This document shows positions 8,960 through 17,905 of a stretch of DNA of 64,000 nucleotides, piece after piece. Location of the stretch: the NCBI GenBank assembly GCA_964601355.1, contig CAZRNB010000001.1, positions 825-64,824 of the forward strand, in the 5' to 3' direction. The stretch comes from an uncultured Pirellulales bacterium. GTDB taxonomy: Bacteria > Planctomycetota > Phycisphaerae > Sedimentisphaerales > Anaerobacaceae. How positions within the stretch are numbered: the first letter of the stretch is position 1; each line of letters begins with the position of its first letter. Made by a program: the position numbers and the translations under genes. The notes below the pieces were generated by a model, which saw only the letters and a program-made list of their open reading frames with translations, did no database searches and was not told the DNA's origin.

Positions 8960-8985
8960 GGGCTACTCTTGACAGAGAGTAGCCC
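8960..8985 (-). terminator. stem-loop immediately 3' of the 239-aa ORF
   Basis: gggctactct/agagtagccc is a 10-bp perfect stem with a 6-nt loop. On the minus strand it is followed by ctgaattttgtt. Confidence 0.55.
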
Positions 8986-9704
8986 TACTCTTTTGGTTCT
9001 TCTACTGCATTAACTTTTTTATAAAAATCCATAAAATCTTTGATTGTATCTAAATCCTTTATGGTTGGTTCTCCACTTGGAATAATCAACGTGGCAATCC
9101 TTCCTTTTAATGGTATATTCAAAACAAAATCACCTTCTTTGGGTTTTTGCAAAGGTGGTTTGGGTATTACTGGCGTTGAGGGCGAAAAGATTGGAAACTC
9201 TAATTCTTTATTCTCAACAGACTTTACTTCTGGTAGTTTTACCAATTCTCTCGTTTCTCTGAAAGACTTTATTAGTTTCTTTGATGATTCCTCGGTATAG
9301 GGCACTGGTCTCCTCAATAGATAGGCTTTCAAAGTATCATCGGAAGGTAAGTCAGTAGGATATTGGTTTATCAATTCACGGAAAATCGTTGGACGGTTAG
9401 CAGCTTCTTGAATGGCTCTTGCTCTATCATCAATGGATTTTGGAAGCAGTATATCTAACCCTAATTCCGTAATTTTAATTTTTTGCTTGCCTGCTCGTTC
9501 TATTAGCCCAAACTGTGCAACGGATGCAATCGTTTGTAGCGCAGGCCCGCTTACGCTATTATATCCCCACGCCTTGACCGCCACATCATTAACTACAGGT
9601 GCTGTCTTTTCACGTTCATATAAACTTTTTAACTTTTCTATGGCAGTGCTTAAACCCATACTTGGATAATTAGGACTTCTTTGGTATTTCTTTTTTTCAG
9701 CCAT
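8985..9704 (-). CDS. hypothetical protein
   Basis: 239-aa ORF with good coding look, in the AT-rich islet. No family recognised. Confidence 0.55.
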   Translation of the reverse strand: MAEKKKYQRSPNYPSMGLSTAIEKLKSLYEREKTAPVVNDVAVKAWGYNSVSGPALQTIASVAQFGLIERAGKQKIKITELGLDILLPKSIDDRARAIQEAANRPTIFRELINQYPTDLPSDDTLKAYLLRRPVPYTEESSKKLIKSFRETRELVKLPEVKSVENKELEFPIFSPSTPVIPKPPLQKPKEGDFVLNIPLKGRIATLIIPSGEPTIKDLDTIKDFMDFYKKVNAVEEPKE

Positions 9705-9848
9705 AAATGGCCTCCTTATAATATTTGGTCAATGTCAGGTTTTGATATATTATACATAGACCGAGATATAGCACAAGATAAATCTTCACTAAATTGAATA
9801 TTATTTCAAATTATTCTAAGTATTCTCTTGGCAGTTATAGAATAGGTG

Positions 9849-10223
9849 TTATGATTGTAAATGAAAAGTAAATAAAAAGGCCCCGTTGGGCAACATGCAA
9901 GTAACTACACAACAGGGCGATTGTTTAGGGCTTGGAACGGACTGAATCAGCCGCAACAGGATTTCGACATTGGCAACATCAGTAATCCGCATTTTGCCGT
10001 CTTCAGCAACCATTTTCAACCGGTTACATTTTGTAACCGTTTCACTGCCTTCTTTGTTCAGCCTGTTTTTCAAGACTTTCCAATAGTTTCTGGCAGCCTG
10101 GAAATCAGGCTGCTGTATCAGAACCTGTATAATATCCACTACTGAGAAATACCATGTTTCTGTTTCTTCATCGTACAGACGACGGATTTTGTAGTCTTCA
10201 AAAATGGCTAAATTGTTCTTCAT
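9849..10223 (-). CDS. Bro-N-like (phage antirepressor N-terminal) domain protein, probably C-terminally truncated
   Basis: IFEDYKIRRLYDEETETWYFSVVDIIQVL...ARNYWKVLKNRL...KMVAEDGKMRITDVANVEILLRLIQSVPSPK resembles Bro-N/DinD-type proteins. The tail QSPCCVVTCMLPNGAFLFTFHLQS looks like out-of-family read-through. Confidence 0.5.
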   Translation of the reverse strand: MKNNLAIFEDYKIRRLYDEETETWYFSVVDIIQVLIQQPDFQAARNYWKVLKNRLNKEGSETVTKCNRLKMVAEDGKMRITDVANVEILLRLIQSVPSPKQSPCCVVTCMLPNGAFLFTFHLQS

Positions 10224-10517
10224 AACAACTCCCTAATTGTATTCAGGTTTTCCGCAGACTGTTTACGCCAGAGGCGTATAAATCTGCCAGTACTGGCCCC
10301 TGCGTCTCCCGACGCAAGTCGGGGCAGCGGGTAAGAAGTTCCCGATGTTTCTTCAATCGTCTGCCGGACGGCAATGTTGACGGACGAAGGTATGATTCTC
10401 TGCCCCCGGCCTTAAAGTATCAATATATCGTTAAACCAAGGAAGAAAACAAGCTTTTTGCGCAGCTATATAAAAAACAGCGTTAATCTGCGTTAATCAGT
10501 GTCTAAAAAATCCCATT

Positions 10518-11672
10518 CTAAACGCCTGCAAAATCGCATAGGATCGAATCAGCAATTCCAAACGCTTGGCGCGTAAGGAAAATCCGTCCATGGTCGGTAT
10601 TAATTAACCCCAGTTTCTGATACGTCCGAATCGGTTCTGCAAATAGCTGCATGGCGTCAAAACCAGTCCGTGTTTTGAATTCCACCAAATCAATCCCACA
10701 CCGGCGACGCAGATTCAGCACCGCTGTCTCATAAGCCCGTTCGACATCGCTGAGCGTTTCACTGGCCGCGACCACACTTGCCCCGCTTGCAACTGCCTCG
10801 GCATACCTGTTTATATCAGCGAAATTTGTATTTCTTGTCCCATTCATGTACGAAGCTGCACCAGGCCCAATCCCGACATAACCTCCGTTCGCCCAGTAGT
10901 TAAGATTATGTCTGCACTTGAAACCATCCCTCGCGAAATTTGATATTTCGTACTGGTCAATGCCGGCCCTTTCAAGCTCGTCAATTGTTAGCTCGTACAT
11001 TGCCCTGTCGGTATCTTCATCGACGGGTTTTATCAGCCCAGCCGCAAGTTCCCTGCCAAGAGGAGTCTGGTCTTCGTAAGTAAGGCTGTAAGCGCTTACA
11101 TGGTCTATTGCCAGTTTGATTGCCGAGCGGAGATTGTGCTTCCATGAGTCGAGACAAGAGCCCGGAACGGCGAAAATCAAATCCAGACTGATATTGTCAA
11201 AACCCGCCGTCCTGCCCTGTTGGACCGATTTACGTATGCAATCGACAGTATGGCCCCTACCCAAAAAATCCAGCTCCCGCTGAATAAAAGATTGTGCACC
11301 GATTGAGAGCCGATTTACCCCTGCTCTGCGTAACTCATTAAGCAGTGTCTTATCCACTTGGCCGGGATTGATCTCGACTGTAAACTCCTCTGCCGCCGGG
11401 CACCGCAGCGTCAGCCGGTTAACCAGCCGAAGTATAAGTTCCTGCGTAAGGGAGCTTGGACTTCCACCGCCGATGTAAAGGGTTTTTATGCTCTCGCCCA
11501 GTTCATATCGCTCCATCTCGGCAATCATCGTGCTGACAATAGCACCTGCATCGTATTTAGCGATAGGCTCGGAGTAGAAGCCGCAGTAGCGGCACTTGGT
11601 CCGGCAAAATGGAACGTGAACATATAAGCCGGTACCGTCTGAACAAGATTTTGAGCTGCAATCACCTGACAT
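10518..11672 (-). CDS. hemW: radical-SAM heme chaperone HemW (oxygen-independent coproporphyrinogen-III-oxidase-like)
   Basis: LYVHVPFCRTKCRYCGF radical-SAM CxxxCxxC, GGGSPS and an HemN_C-like tail. Confidence 0.9.
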   Translation of the reverse strand: MSGDCSSKSCSDGTGLYVHVPFCRTKCRYCGFYSEPIAKYDAGAIVSTMIAEMERYELGESIKTLYIGGGSPSSLTQELILRLVNRLTLRCPAAEEFTVEINPGQVDKTLLNELRRAGVNRLSIGAQSFIQRELDFLGRGHTVDCIRKSVQQGRTAGFDNISLDLIFAVPGSCLDSWKHNLRSAIKLAIDHVSAYSLTYEDQTPLGRELAAGLIKPVDEDTDRAMYELTIDELERAGIDQYEISNFARDGFKCRHNLNYWANGGYVGIGPGAASYMNGTRNTNFADINRYAEAVASGASVVAASETLSDVERAYETAVLNLRRRCGIDLVEFKTRTGFDAMQLFAEPIRTYQKLGLINTDHGRIFLTRQAFGIADSILCDFAGV

Positions 11673-11802
11673 TTTCCCTGACCTGCACTACTGACGAAAT
11701 TTTTACGACCACCTGATGAAGTTTATCAGAAAGTGGCCGAATATAAAAGAGGCGCATCTGAAGAAACGGATACGAAGATCACAGGGGGTCACAGAGCACT
11801 AC

Positions 11803-12156
11803 CTATTCTTTGAAGACGGTATCCATCACCTCAAGGGCAAATCTTGCTGATACCGTAGCAGGGCCGCCGCCCATCTCCATTCCAACCTCTATCGCTTCAA
11901 GAACTTCCTGCATCGAGGCCCCGGCCTTAGCTGCCTGCTCAATGTGCCACTGCATACACGATTCGCAGTTAATTACCACCGAGATGCCGATTGCAATAAG
12001 TTCCTTGGCCTTTTTAGGTAAAGCGCCATCAGAGTAAGCAGCTTTCTCCATCTTGAGAAAGGATTCATAAACCTTGGATTTGAGTGACACCAATTTTGCA
12101 TGCGCTTCTTTTCTTCTTTTCGATATTTCTTCTAATCGACTCATATTTTTCTCCAT
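11803..12156 (-). CDS. carboxymuconolactone decarboxylase (AhpD-like) family protein
   Basis: 117 aa with the CxxC-like CESCMQWH motif typical of the CMD family. Confidence 0.85.
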   Translation of the reverse strand: MEKNMSRLEEISKRRKEAHAKLVSLKSKVYESFLKMEKAAYSDGALPKKAKELIAIGISVVINCESCMQWHIEQAAKAGASMQEVLEAIEVGMEMGGGPATVSARFALEVMDTVFKE

Positions 12157-12165
12157 GATTTCCAG

Positions 12166-12699
12166 TTAAATTCCAATTAGTTTACTTCTGCGTTCGGCAA
12201 GAATAACGTCACGCCATCGTCCATTCATACAGCCGATTTTTTCTCTTCTTCCAACTACTCGAAAGCCGCAACTCCTTTGAAGAGACAGGCTTGCGGCATT
12301 CTCGGGAAAAGTGCCGCCTTGAAGCATCCAGATACCAATGCGTTCCGATTCTTCTATAGCTGCTTTCAGCAAAGCTTTACCCACGCCTTGTCCCCTTGCC
12401 GATGATTTAACGTACAGGCTTACTTCAGACACGCCGCGATACGCACATCTGTCGGAAACCGGACTCAGCGCGACCCAGCCAACAATCTGCCCTGCGATTT
12501 TTGCAACCAATCTGCAATCTCGTAAGTGAGTTTTATCCCACTGCTGTCGGCTCGGCACTTCAGTTTCAAAGGTTGCATTGCCTGTATCGATACCTTCTTG
12601 ATAAATTTGCTTCACAGCAGGCCAGTCCTCATCTTTCATTTTTTCTATTATGACATTCATAATATTCTTATTTGCTCCGTAGAAAAGACCCTCTGTCAT
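12166..12699 (-). CDS. GNAT acetyltransferase, phosphinothricin-acetyltransferase-like
   Basis: GNATFETEVPS...WVALSPVSDRCAYRGVSEVSLYV...RGQGVGKALL. The likely true start is MNVIIEK at 12657. Confidence 0.8.
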   Translation of the reverse strand: MTEGLFYGANKNIMNVIIEKMKDEDWPAVKQIYQEGIDTGNATFETEVPSRQQWDKTHLRDCRLVAKIAGQIVGWVALSPVSDRCAYRGVSEVSLYVKSSARGQGVGKALLKAAIEESERIGIWMLQGGTFPENAASLSLQRSCGFRVVGRREKIGCMNGRWRDVILAERRSKLIGI

Positions 12700-13128
12700 C
12701 TCCGAAATCGCATTTTATGTCAAACTAATTTCATTTTTGAATCAAAATTTACAGACAAACACTATAAACATAGATTCTGCCATAATTTCTTTTGGCTTCG
12801 TACCAGGTCATCTCCTCGCCGTCAATGCGGCATGAATATGTCCGGTGGGCATGTCGCAATCATTTCGCGGGCCTCTATTGACTCATGACATAAACGCGCT
12901 TATGCCCGCCTCGACGAAACCTTTAAAATACCACGTTCCTGATAATGCTCCTTCTTCTTCAATATCCAATACGTCCCCTCCGCTCAAGACGGATGTTCTT
13001 TATTCCTTCACCCGAACTTACACACAATATATTACACTACTATACGCGTCTCCTTTCTGCGGCTTAACCGCAAATGTTTTTCTGATGCAGGGATTATATC
13101 CCAACACCAGGAGACGCGCTTTCATAAA

Positions 13129-13270
13129 ATCATTTCGAGCGAGCCGAAGGCGAGTCGAGAAATCTGCTTTAGATCCTTCGACTTCGCTCAGGACGCCTTA
13201 CGGCGGATTTCTCCGCTTCGCCCCTGTTTCTGTCTTCGACAGAAGACACGGGGGCTTCGCTCGAAATGAT
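13129..13270. mobile_element. MITE-like 142-bp element with perfect 14-bp terminal inverted repeats
   Basis: atcatttcgagcga at 13129-13142 and its exact reverse complement tcgctcgaaatgat at 13257-13270. The interior contains the CCTTCGACTTCGCTCAGGAC module and a gtctt/aagac hairpin. No coding capacity. Confidence 0.45.
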
Positions 13271-13595
13271 AGTGGGTCTTTTCTACAGAGCAATTTTGGT
13301 ATGTAATTTTTTATTTGTGCCTTTTGTAATTTAAATTTGTCTGGGCTGCCTTAAAGCCGATGATATACACTGACAAGCTGTTTCAACTGCATATATCTTT
13401 CGAACCTTTCAGATGCGCTTAAACTTACGAAACTTTCTAACGTCCTATAATTTTTATATTATCATATTTTTTATTCTCTTTCCTCATGTAATAGAATCTG
13501 CCTAAATTGCCTGTTCAATTCTATTTAGATTTTTTTAAGGGTTGATAATAAATAGCTTATCATGGCTAATATGGGAAATTTAATAATTTTTATTC

Positions 13596-13624
13596 TTGAC
13601 AACGAAAAGCTCCATAGTTAAATT
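13596..13624 (+). promoter_or_regulatory. sigma70-like promoter candidate for the response-regulator operon
   Basis: TTGACA (13596-13601), 17 nt, TAAATT (13619-13624). Followed by a small hairpin aggccg...cggcct and an RBS GGAAGGGATGGAGA before the ATG at 13690. Confidence 0.45.
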
Positions 13625-13689
13625 AGGCCGAAAAGGCAATATGGCGGCCTTTTGTCAAAAGGAATTGGCTAAAAAGGAAGGGATGGAGA

Positions 13690-14256
13690 ATGAAGGATTT
13701 GTTTACGACCGGCGAAGCCGCTGAAGTCTGCAGAGTAAGTCAACAAACAATTATCCGCTGTTTTGATTCCGGTCGCTTGGAAGGATTCCGTGTTCCAGGC
13801 TCAAAATTCCGCAGGATTCCACGTCGAAGTCTGATCAGGTTTATGAAGGAAAATAATATCCCTCTTGATCAGATCGAATCCGGTAAAAAGAAAGTACTTG
13901 TAGTTGACGATGACGCTGAAATAATAGAGTTGATAGTAGAGGTCTTGTCTCGAGACGGGAGATTCGAAGTTAAAACCGCTTCAAGCGGCTATGAAGCCGG
14001 GATATCTACTCAGCAGTTTCGACCCGATCTGATATTACTCGACTATATGCTGCCCGATGTTAATGGCAACATAGTCTGTCAGACCATAAGGAAAAACGCC
14101 GAATTCGAAGACACCAAGGTTATCATCGTAAGCGGCGTCGTCAAACAGGATGAAATCGACCAGCTGCTGAAATCCGGCGCTCAAGGTTTTTTAAAAAAAC
14201 CGTTCAACATTGATGAGCTTAACGATAAAGTCACTACCGTTCTGCAGATGAAATGA
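13690..14256 (+). CDS. response regulator with an N-terminal excisionase/MerR-type HTH and a C-terminal receiver domain
   Basis: TTGEAAEVCRVSQQTIIRCFDSGRLEGFRVPGSKFRRIPR (excisionase-family HTH), then KKVLVVDDD...DLILLDYMLPD...KPF receiver motifs. Confidence 0.85.
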   Translation: MKDLFTTGEAAEVCRVSQQTIIRCFDSGRLEGFRVPGSKFRRIPRRSLIRFMKENNIPLDQIESGKKKVLVVDDDAEIIELIVEVLSRDGRFEVKTASSGYEAGISTQQFRPDLILLDYMLPDVNGNIVCQTIRKNAEFEDTKVIIVSGVVKQDEIDQLLKSGAQGFLKKPFNIDELNDKVTTVLQMK

Positions 14257-14345
14257 AAACTGCAACCACGCAGCAGATTCCAAATCCCACGACAGCCGGC
14301 AGGGGTAATAACGGGTATTTTCTTAAAGTGGATACCTAATACGTC

Positions 14346-16673
14346 ATGCCGGTTCCAAGAGGCAAGGACGACTATATGCAGGTAAAGAACTCTGACCCAA
14401 CTATTGCACAGCAGATATATCTCGCAATAGGTCGGATTGAATCGTTTTCTACACTGCCCTGTATTGCCGTGCGATTCCTTCCCAGGCTCATGGAAGGCCA
14501 TTTCTCGCCGGCAGCCTTAGCGGATATTATAGAATCGGAGCCGGCCCTTGCCGCCAAGATTCTTTCAATCAGCGGCAGGCGAAATATAAGCCTGCCTGAT
14601 GAAAGGTTATCGCTTCGCCATATCCTTGACAGGCTCTCTGCGGATGAGGTTCGTAGCGCCCTTTTATCCATTAAAGTCCTTCCGGCTTTTGAATCAGGCC
14701 ATCCAGCGGCGCAAAGAATTCCGCTTAGAAGTGAGCTTTTACTTCACAGCCTTGCGGTGGCCTGCTGCGCAAAAGAAATTGCTGAAATAACTTTACCTCA
14801 GGCGGACCCGCACTTAGCTTACTGTGCAGGTCTGCTGCACGATATTGGAAAACTGGCTATCGAGGAGGCGATGCCGAAAAGTTTTGAACGAATTATTGAA
14901 CAGGCACGTTCGGCAAACGAATGTTCCTGCACTATTGAGCGACAGCATCTTGGCGTCGATCATACTATTCTGGGCAAGCACTTGGCTGAAAAGTGGCACC
15001 TGCCGAGTCAAATTGTCCTGGCAGCCTGGCTGCACCACAGTGACACTGCAACCATATCATGGCACGTGCCTGAGGCACGAATAGCCCAGGTCATTCAGTC
15101 AGCCGATTCCATAGCCCGGCAAGCCGGCATTGGCCAATCCGGCAGCTTCAATTCGCCCGAGCAGCCGGAAAAAACGGCATGGTCACTCGGAATAAGCCTT
15201 GCTCAACTGCAGCAAATTATTCAAAAACTGCCGGAAATAGTGACAGAAAAATCCAAAGTTCTGGGCCTGGCTTTACGAGATGCTCATGCGCGTTATTGTG
15301 ATATCCTCCACGCCGCCGCCGCACAGTTTGCACGCAAACAAATAGATTTATCCGGTGAAAATCGCCGGCTGCAAACCGCATCGAGTCACCTGGATTTTAC
15401 AACAGATTTCCTGCTCAATATCAGCTCGGCTGCAGCAGCTATTGAAATAGCAGAATACTTTGCCGCTCGCTGGCAAAGGTTCTATCAGACCGGTACAGTC
15501 TGTGTGTATTTAGCTCCTCCTGACGAGGGGCCACGTAGCCGGTTTCTCGAAGCCGTTGTTATAGAAAGCCTCGGGCAAAGCAAGACCGTTTTTCTGAATG
15601 TCCCTGAGAACGTGACACCGATACCGGAGACAATAACAAAGAGCTTTGCTATTTTAGACGCTCACAAGCACGTCGATTGGCTGTTTGAGCAATTAGACGT
15701 TGAATTCGGTCGGCAGCAAACCAGGCTGGTGCCGCTGCTTTCGGGCGGCAGAGCGGTCGGAGCGATAGTTTTTGAGCTTCACTGGCCGATAGACTCAAAT
15801 CTGATGGAGGAAAATTTTAGAATAGTGACCTCAATCGCAGGATCCGTTTTGGATTCTGCCTTCAAGCGGCAGAAACAAAAGCATCTTGCCGAATGTTTCG
15901 CCCAGCTTATTTGCAGTCCCACCCCGTCCGAGCCCTCAAAACCTGCGGCGTCAAAGGAGAAAATGACTCACGAGATTTCTTTTCCGGCTACGGCTCGGCG
16001 CTTCGCCGAGACGAGTGAGGCACTGGCTGAGATGGCGTCCGGCATAGCACATGAGCTGAATAATCCGCTCTCGGTCGTTTCCGGACGTGCGCAGTTGCTC
16101 GCAGATGCTGAGACCGACCCAAAAAAGAAACAATCGCTTAGACAAATACATGAAAAAGCATACGAGGCCTCTGCAATTATCTCAGACCTGATGGGCTTTG
16201 CTGAGCCTTCGCAGCCAAGGCCGACCCAGACGGATATGAAGCAGATGCTCATTGAAGCTATGCAATTAGCCGGCCAGAAGGCCAATGTAGAAAATATCGA
16301 CGCTCAGATTAGGGTCACTGAAGATGTCGGTAACGTCTTTGCAGACTCAGCTCAGATTGCATCAGCAATCGCAAACGTTATATGTAATTCACTCGAATCT
16401 TACGCAGACGAAATTGGGCCAATAACAATTACCGCTGACGCTGAGGGAGATACTCTGGTGAGACTGCAAATCAGTGACGAAGGTTGTGGAATGGATACGG
16501 AAACCCTGCGAAAAGCAATACAGCCGTTCTTCTCAGCAAGGCCTGCGGGCCGCAAACGAGGAATGGGTCTTGCCCACGCAGCAAGACTTATTCAATTAAA
16601 CAATGGCACATTGGATATAACAAGCCGGCCAGGCAGCGGAACTACAGTGACAATCACCCTGCCCTGTAAATAA
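14346..16673 (+). CDS. HDOD-domain sensor histidine kinase
   Basis: HDOD-like N-terminus (LLHDIGKLAIEEA, HHS), a central GAF-like region, H-box GIAHELNNPLS and an HATPase_c (DEGCGM...GMGL...GSGTTVTITLP). Confidence 0.8.
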   Translation: MPVPRGKDDYMQVKNSDPTIAQQIYLAIGRIESFSTLPCIAVRFLPRLMEGHFSPAALADIIESEPALAAKILSISGRRNISLPDERLSLRHILDRLSADEVRSALLSIKVLPAFESGHPAAQRIPLRSELLLHSLAVACCAKEIAEITLPQADPHLAYCAGLLHDIGKLAIEEAMPKSFERIIEQARSANECSCTIERQHLGVDHTILGKHLAEKWHLPSQIVLAAWLHHSDTATISWHVPEARIAQVIQSADSIARQAGIGQSGSFNSPEQPEKTAWSLGISLAQLQQIIQKLPEIVTEKSKVLGLALRDAHARYCDILHAAAAQFARKQIDLSGENRRLQTASSHLDFTTDFLLNISSAAAAIEIAEYFAARWQRFYQTGTVCVYLAPPDEGPRSRFLEAVVIESLGQSKTVFLNVPENVTPIPETITKSFAILDAHKHVDWLFEQLDVEFGRQQTRLVPLLSGGRAVGAIVFELHWPIDSNLMEENFRIVTSIAGSVLDSAFKRQKQKHLAECFAQLICSPTPSEPSKPAASKEKMTHEISFPATARRFAETSEALAEMASGIAHELNNPLSVVSGRAQLLADAETDPKKKQSLRQIHEKAYEASAIISDLMGFAEPSQPRPTQTDMKQMLIEAMQLAGQKANVENIDAQIRVTEDVGNVFADSAQIASAIANVICNSLESYADEIGPITITADAEGDTLVRLQISDEGCGMDTETLRKAIQPFFSARPAGRKRGMGLAHAARLIQLNNGTLDITSRPGSGTTVTITLPCK

Positions 16674-16960
16674 CCTTGCAGGCAATCGCAAGGCCAACCG
16701 ATTATTGGCTTAATGAGATTCAGTTAAACTATACGATATTGGCCTCTAATAACGCTGTTTTTGTCCTTGCAAATCCCCCTTATGCAGGTTAGCATCTCAT
16801 TGAAGTGCAGGAAGCTCAGAAAGATGTTGCCAAAAACATGGCTGAAACAGCTATCACCGTGACCCGCGACTTGATCGGGGCTTAAGAATAATCCCAGGAA
16901 AATGACACAGCAGGATATAGAAAGAATCTGACGTAATCTTGTGAACAACAAGTAATCCTA

Positions 16961-17905
16961 ATGGTCAAACAAAATCGCCAAGACGGCTTACGCCAGAAAT
17001 ATCGTGGTGTTGTAGTCCCTATGGTGACTCCTTTTACACCGCATGGCGATATCGATCTGGACACCACCGGGAGACTCGTTGACCACATCGTTGGTAACGG
17101 GGCTTGCATATTCGCGCTCGGCACTACAGGAGAAGCAGCCTCTATCAGGAACTCGGCTAAGGCACAATTTATTGACACGGTCGTTAAAAAAAACGCGCAT
17201 AGAGCTATGACTTATGCAGGCATATCAGATAATTGCCTGGCTATTTCCGTGGACTTGGCCAAACAGTTTTTTGATTTAGGCGTTGATGTGGTCGTGGCAC
17301 ATGTGCCGAGCTATTATCCCTTGACCGGCGATGATATACTGAGCTACTACGAAACTCTGGCTGAGCACATTGGCGGCCCTTTGATGCTATACAATATTCC
17401 GATAACAACAGGAGTGTCAATTCCCTTAGAGGTAATTGACCGGCTCAGTCATCTTCCGACGATTATAGGATTAAAAGACTCGGATAATAACATGGACCGC
17501 ATGAAACAAGCCATTGCCTTGTGGAAGGACAGGGATGACTTTTCATACCTGAGCGGCTGCACGTCTCTGAGCAAGACTGCATTAGCTATGGGTGCAGACG
17601 GAATTGTGCCGAGCGTGGGCAACATTGTACCTGATTTATTCGTCAAGCTCTATAACTCTGTGCTGAATGGCGATCCGGATGAGGCGGAGCGGTGTCAGAG
17701 ATGTGCCAACGACATCTCGGATATTATTCAGAAGAACAAAACTTTGAGCCAATCGCTGCCTGTCCTGAAGGTGATAATGCACATCCTGGGATTTTGCGAG
17801 CCGAAAGTCCTGCCGCCTCTGCGCGACTTGACCGAAGATCAGATTCAAGACGTCAGAGAAACTTTGAATGACATGGGTCTCTTACAGGAAGGCCACTCAC
17901 TATGA
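16961..17905 (+). CDS. DapA/N-acetylneuraminate-lyase-family class I aldolase
   Basis: VVPMVTPF, GTTGEAASI, YNIP, and GLKDS (Schiff-base Lys). Confidence 0.85.
   Translation: MVKQNRQDGLRQKYRGVVVPMVTPFTPHGDIDLDTTGRLVDHIVGNGACIFALGTTGEAASIRNSAKAQFIDTVVKKNAHRAMTYAGISDNCLAISVDLAKQFFDLGVDVVVAHVPSYYPLTGDDILSYYETLAEHIGGPLMLYNIPITTGVSIPLEVIDRLSHLPTIIGLKDSDNNMDRMKQAIALWKDRDDFSYLSGCTSLSKTALAMGADGIVPSVGNIVPDLFVKLYNSVLNGDPDEAERCQRCANDISDIIQKNKTLSQSLPVLKVIMHILGFCEPKVLPPLRDLTEDQIQDVRETLNDMGLLQEGHSL

Noticed and set aside
8730-8985. Retron-like msr/msd or tRNA-derived attachment site in the structured gap of the islet
   Set aside because: There is no reverse transcriptase, no integrase, and no cloverleaf-compatible sequence. 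Only generic hairpins can be supported.
12845-13306. 153-aa ORF in the long intergenic region
   Set aside because: It runs through the MITE-like element and low-complexity DNA, has no RBS, and its composition is unlike the neighbouring genes. Likely spurious.
16680-16960. Riboswitch or small ORFs (16724-16951, 16882-17178) upstream of the aldolase operon
   Set aside because: I could recognise no conserved riboswitch core by eye. The ORFs are on the opposite strand, Cys-rich, and overlap the aldolase start.
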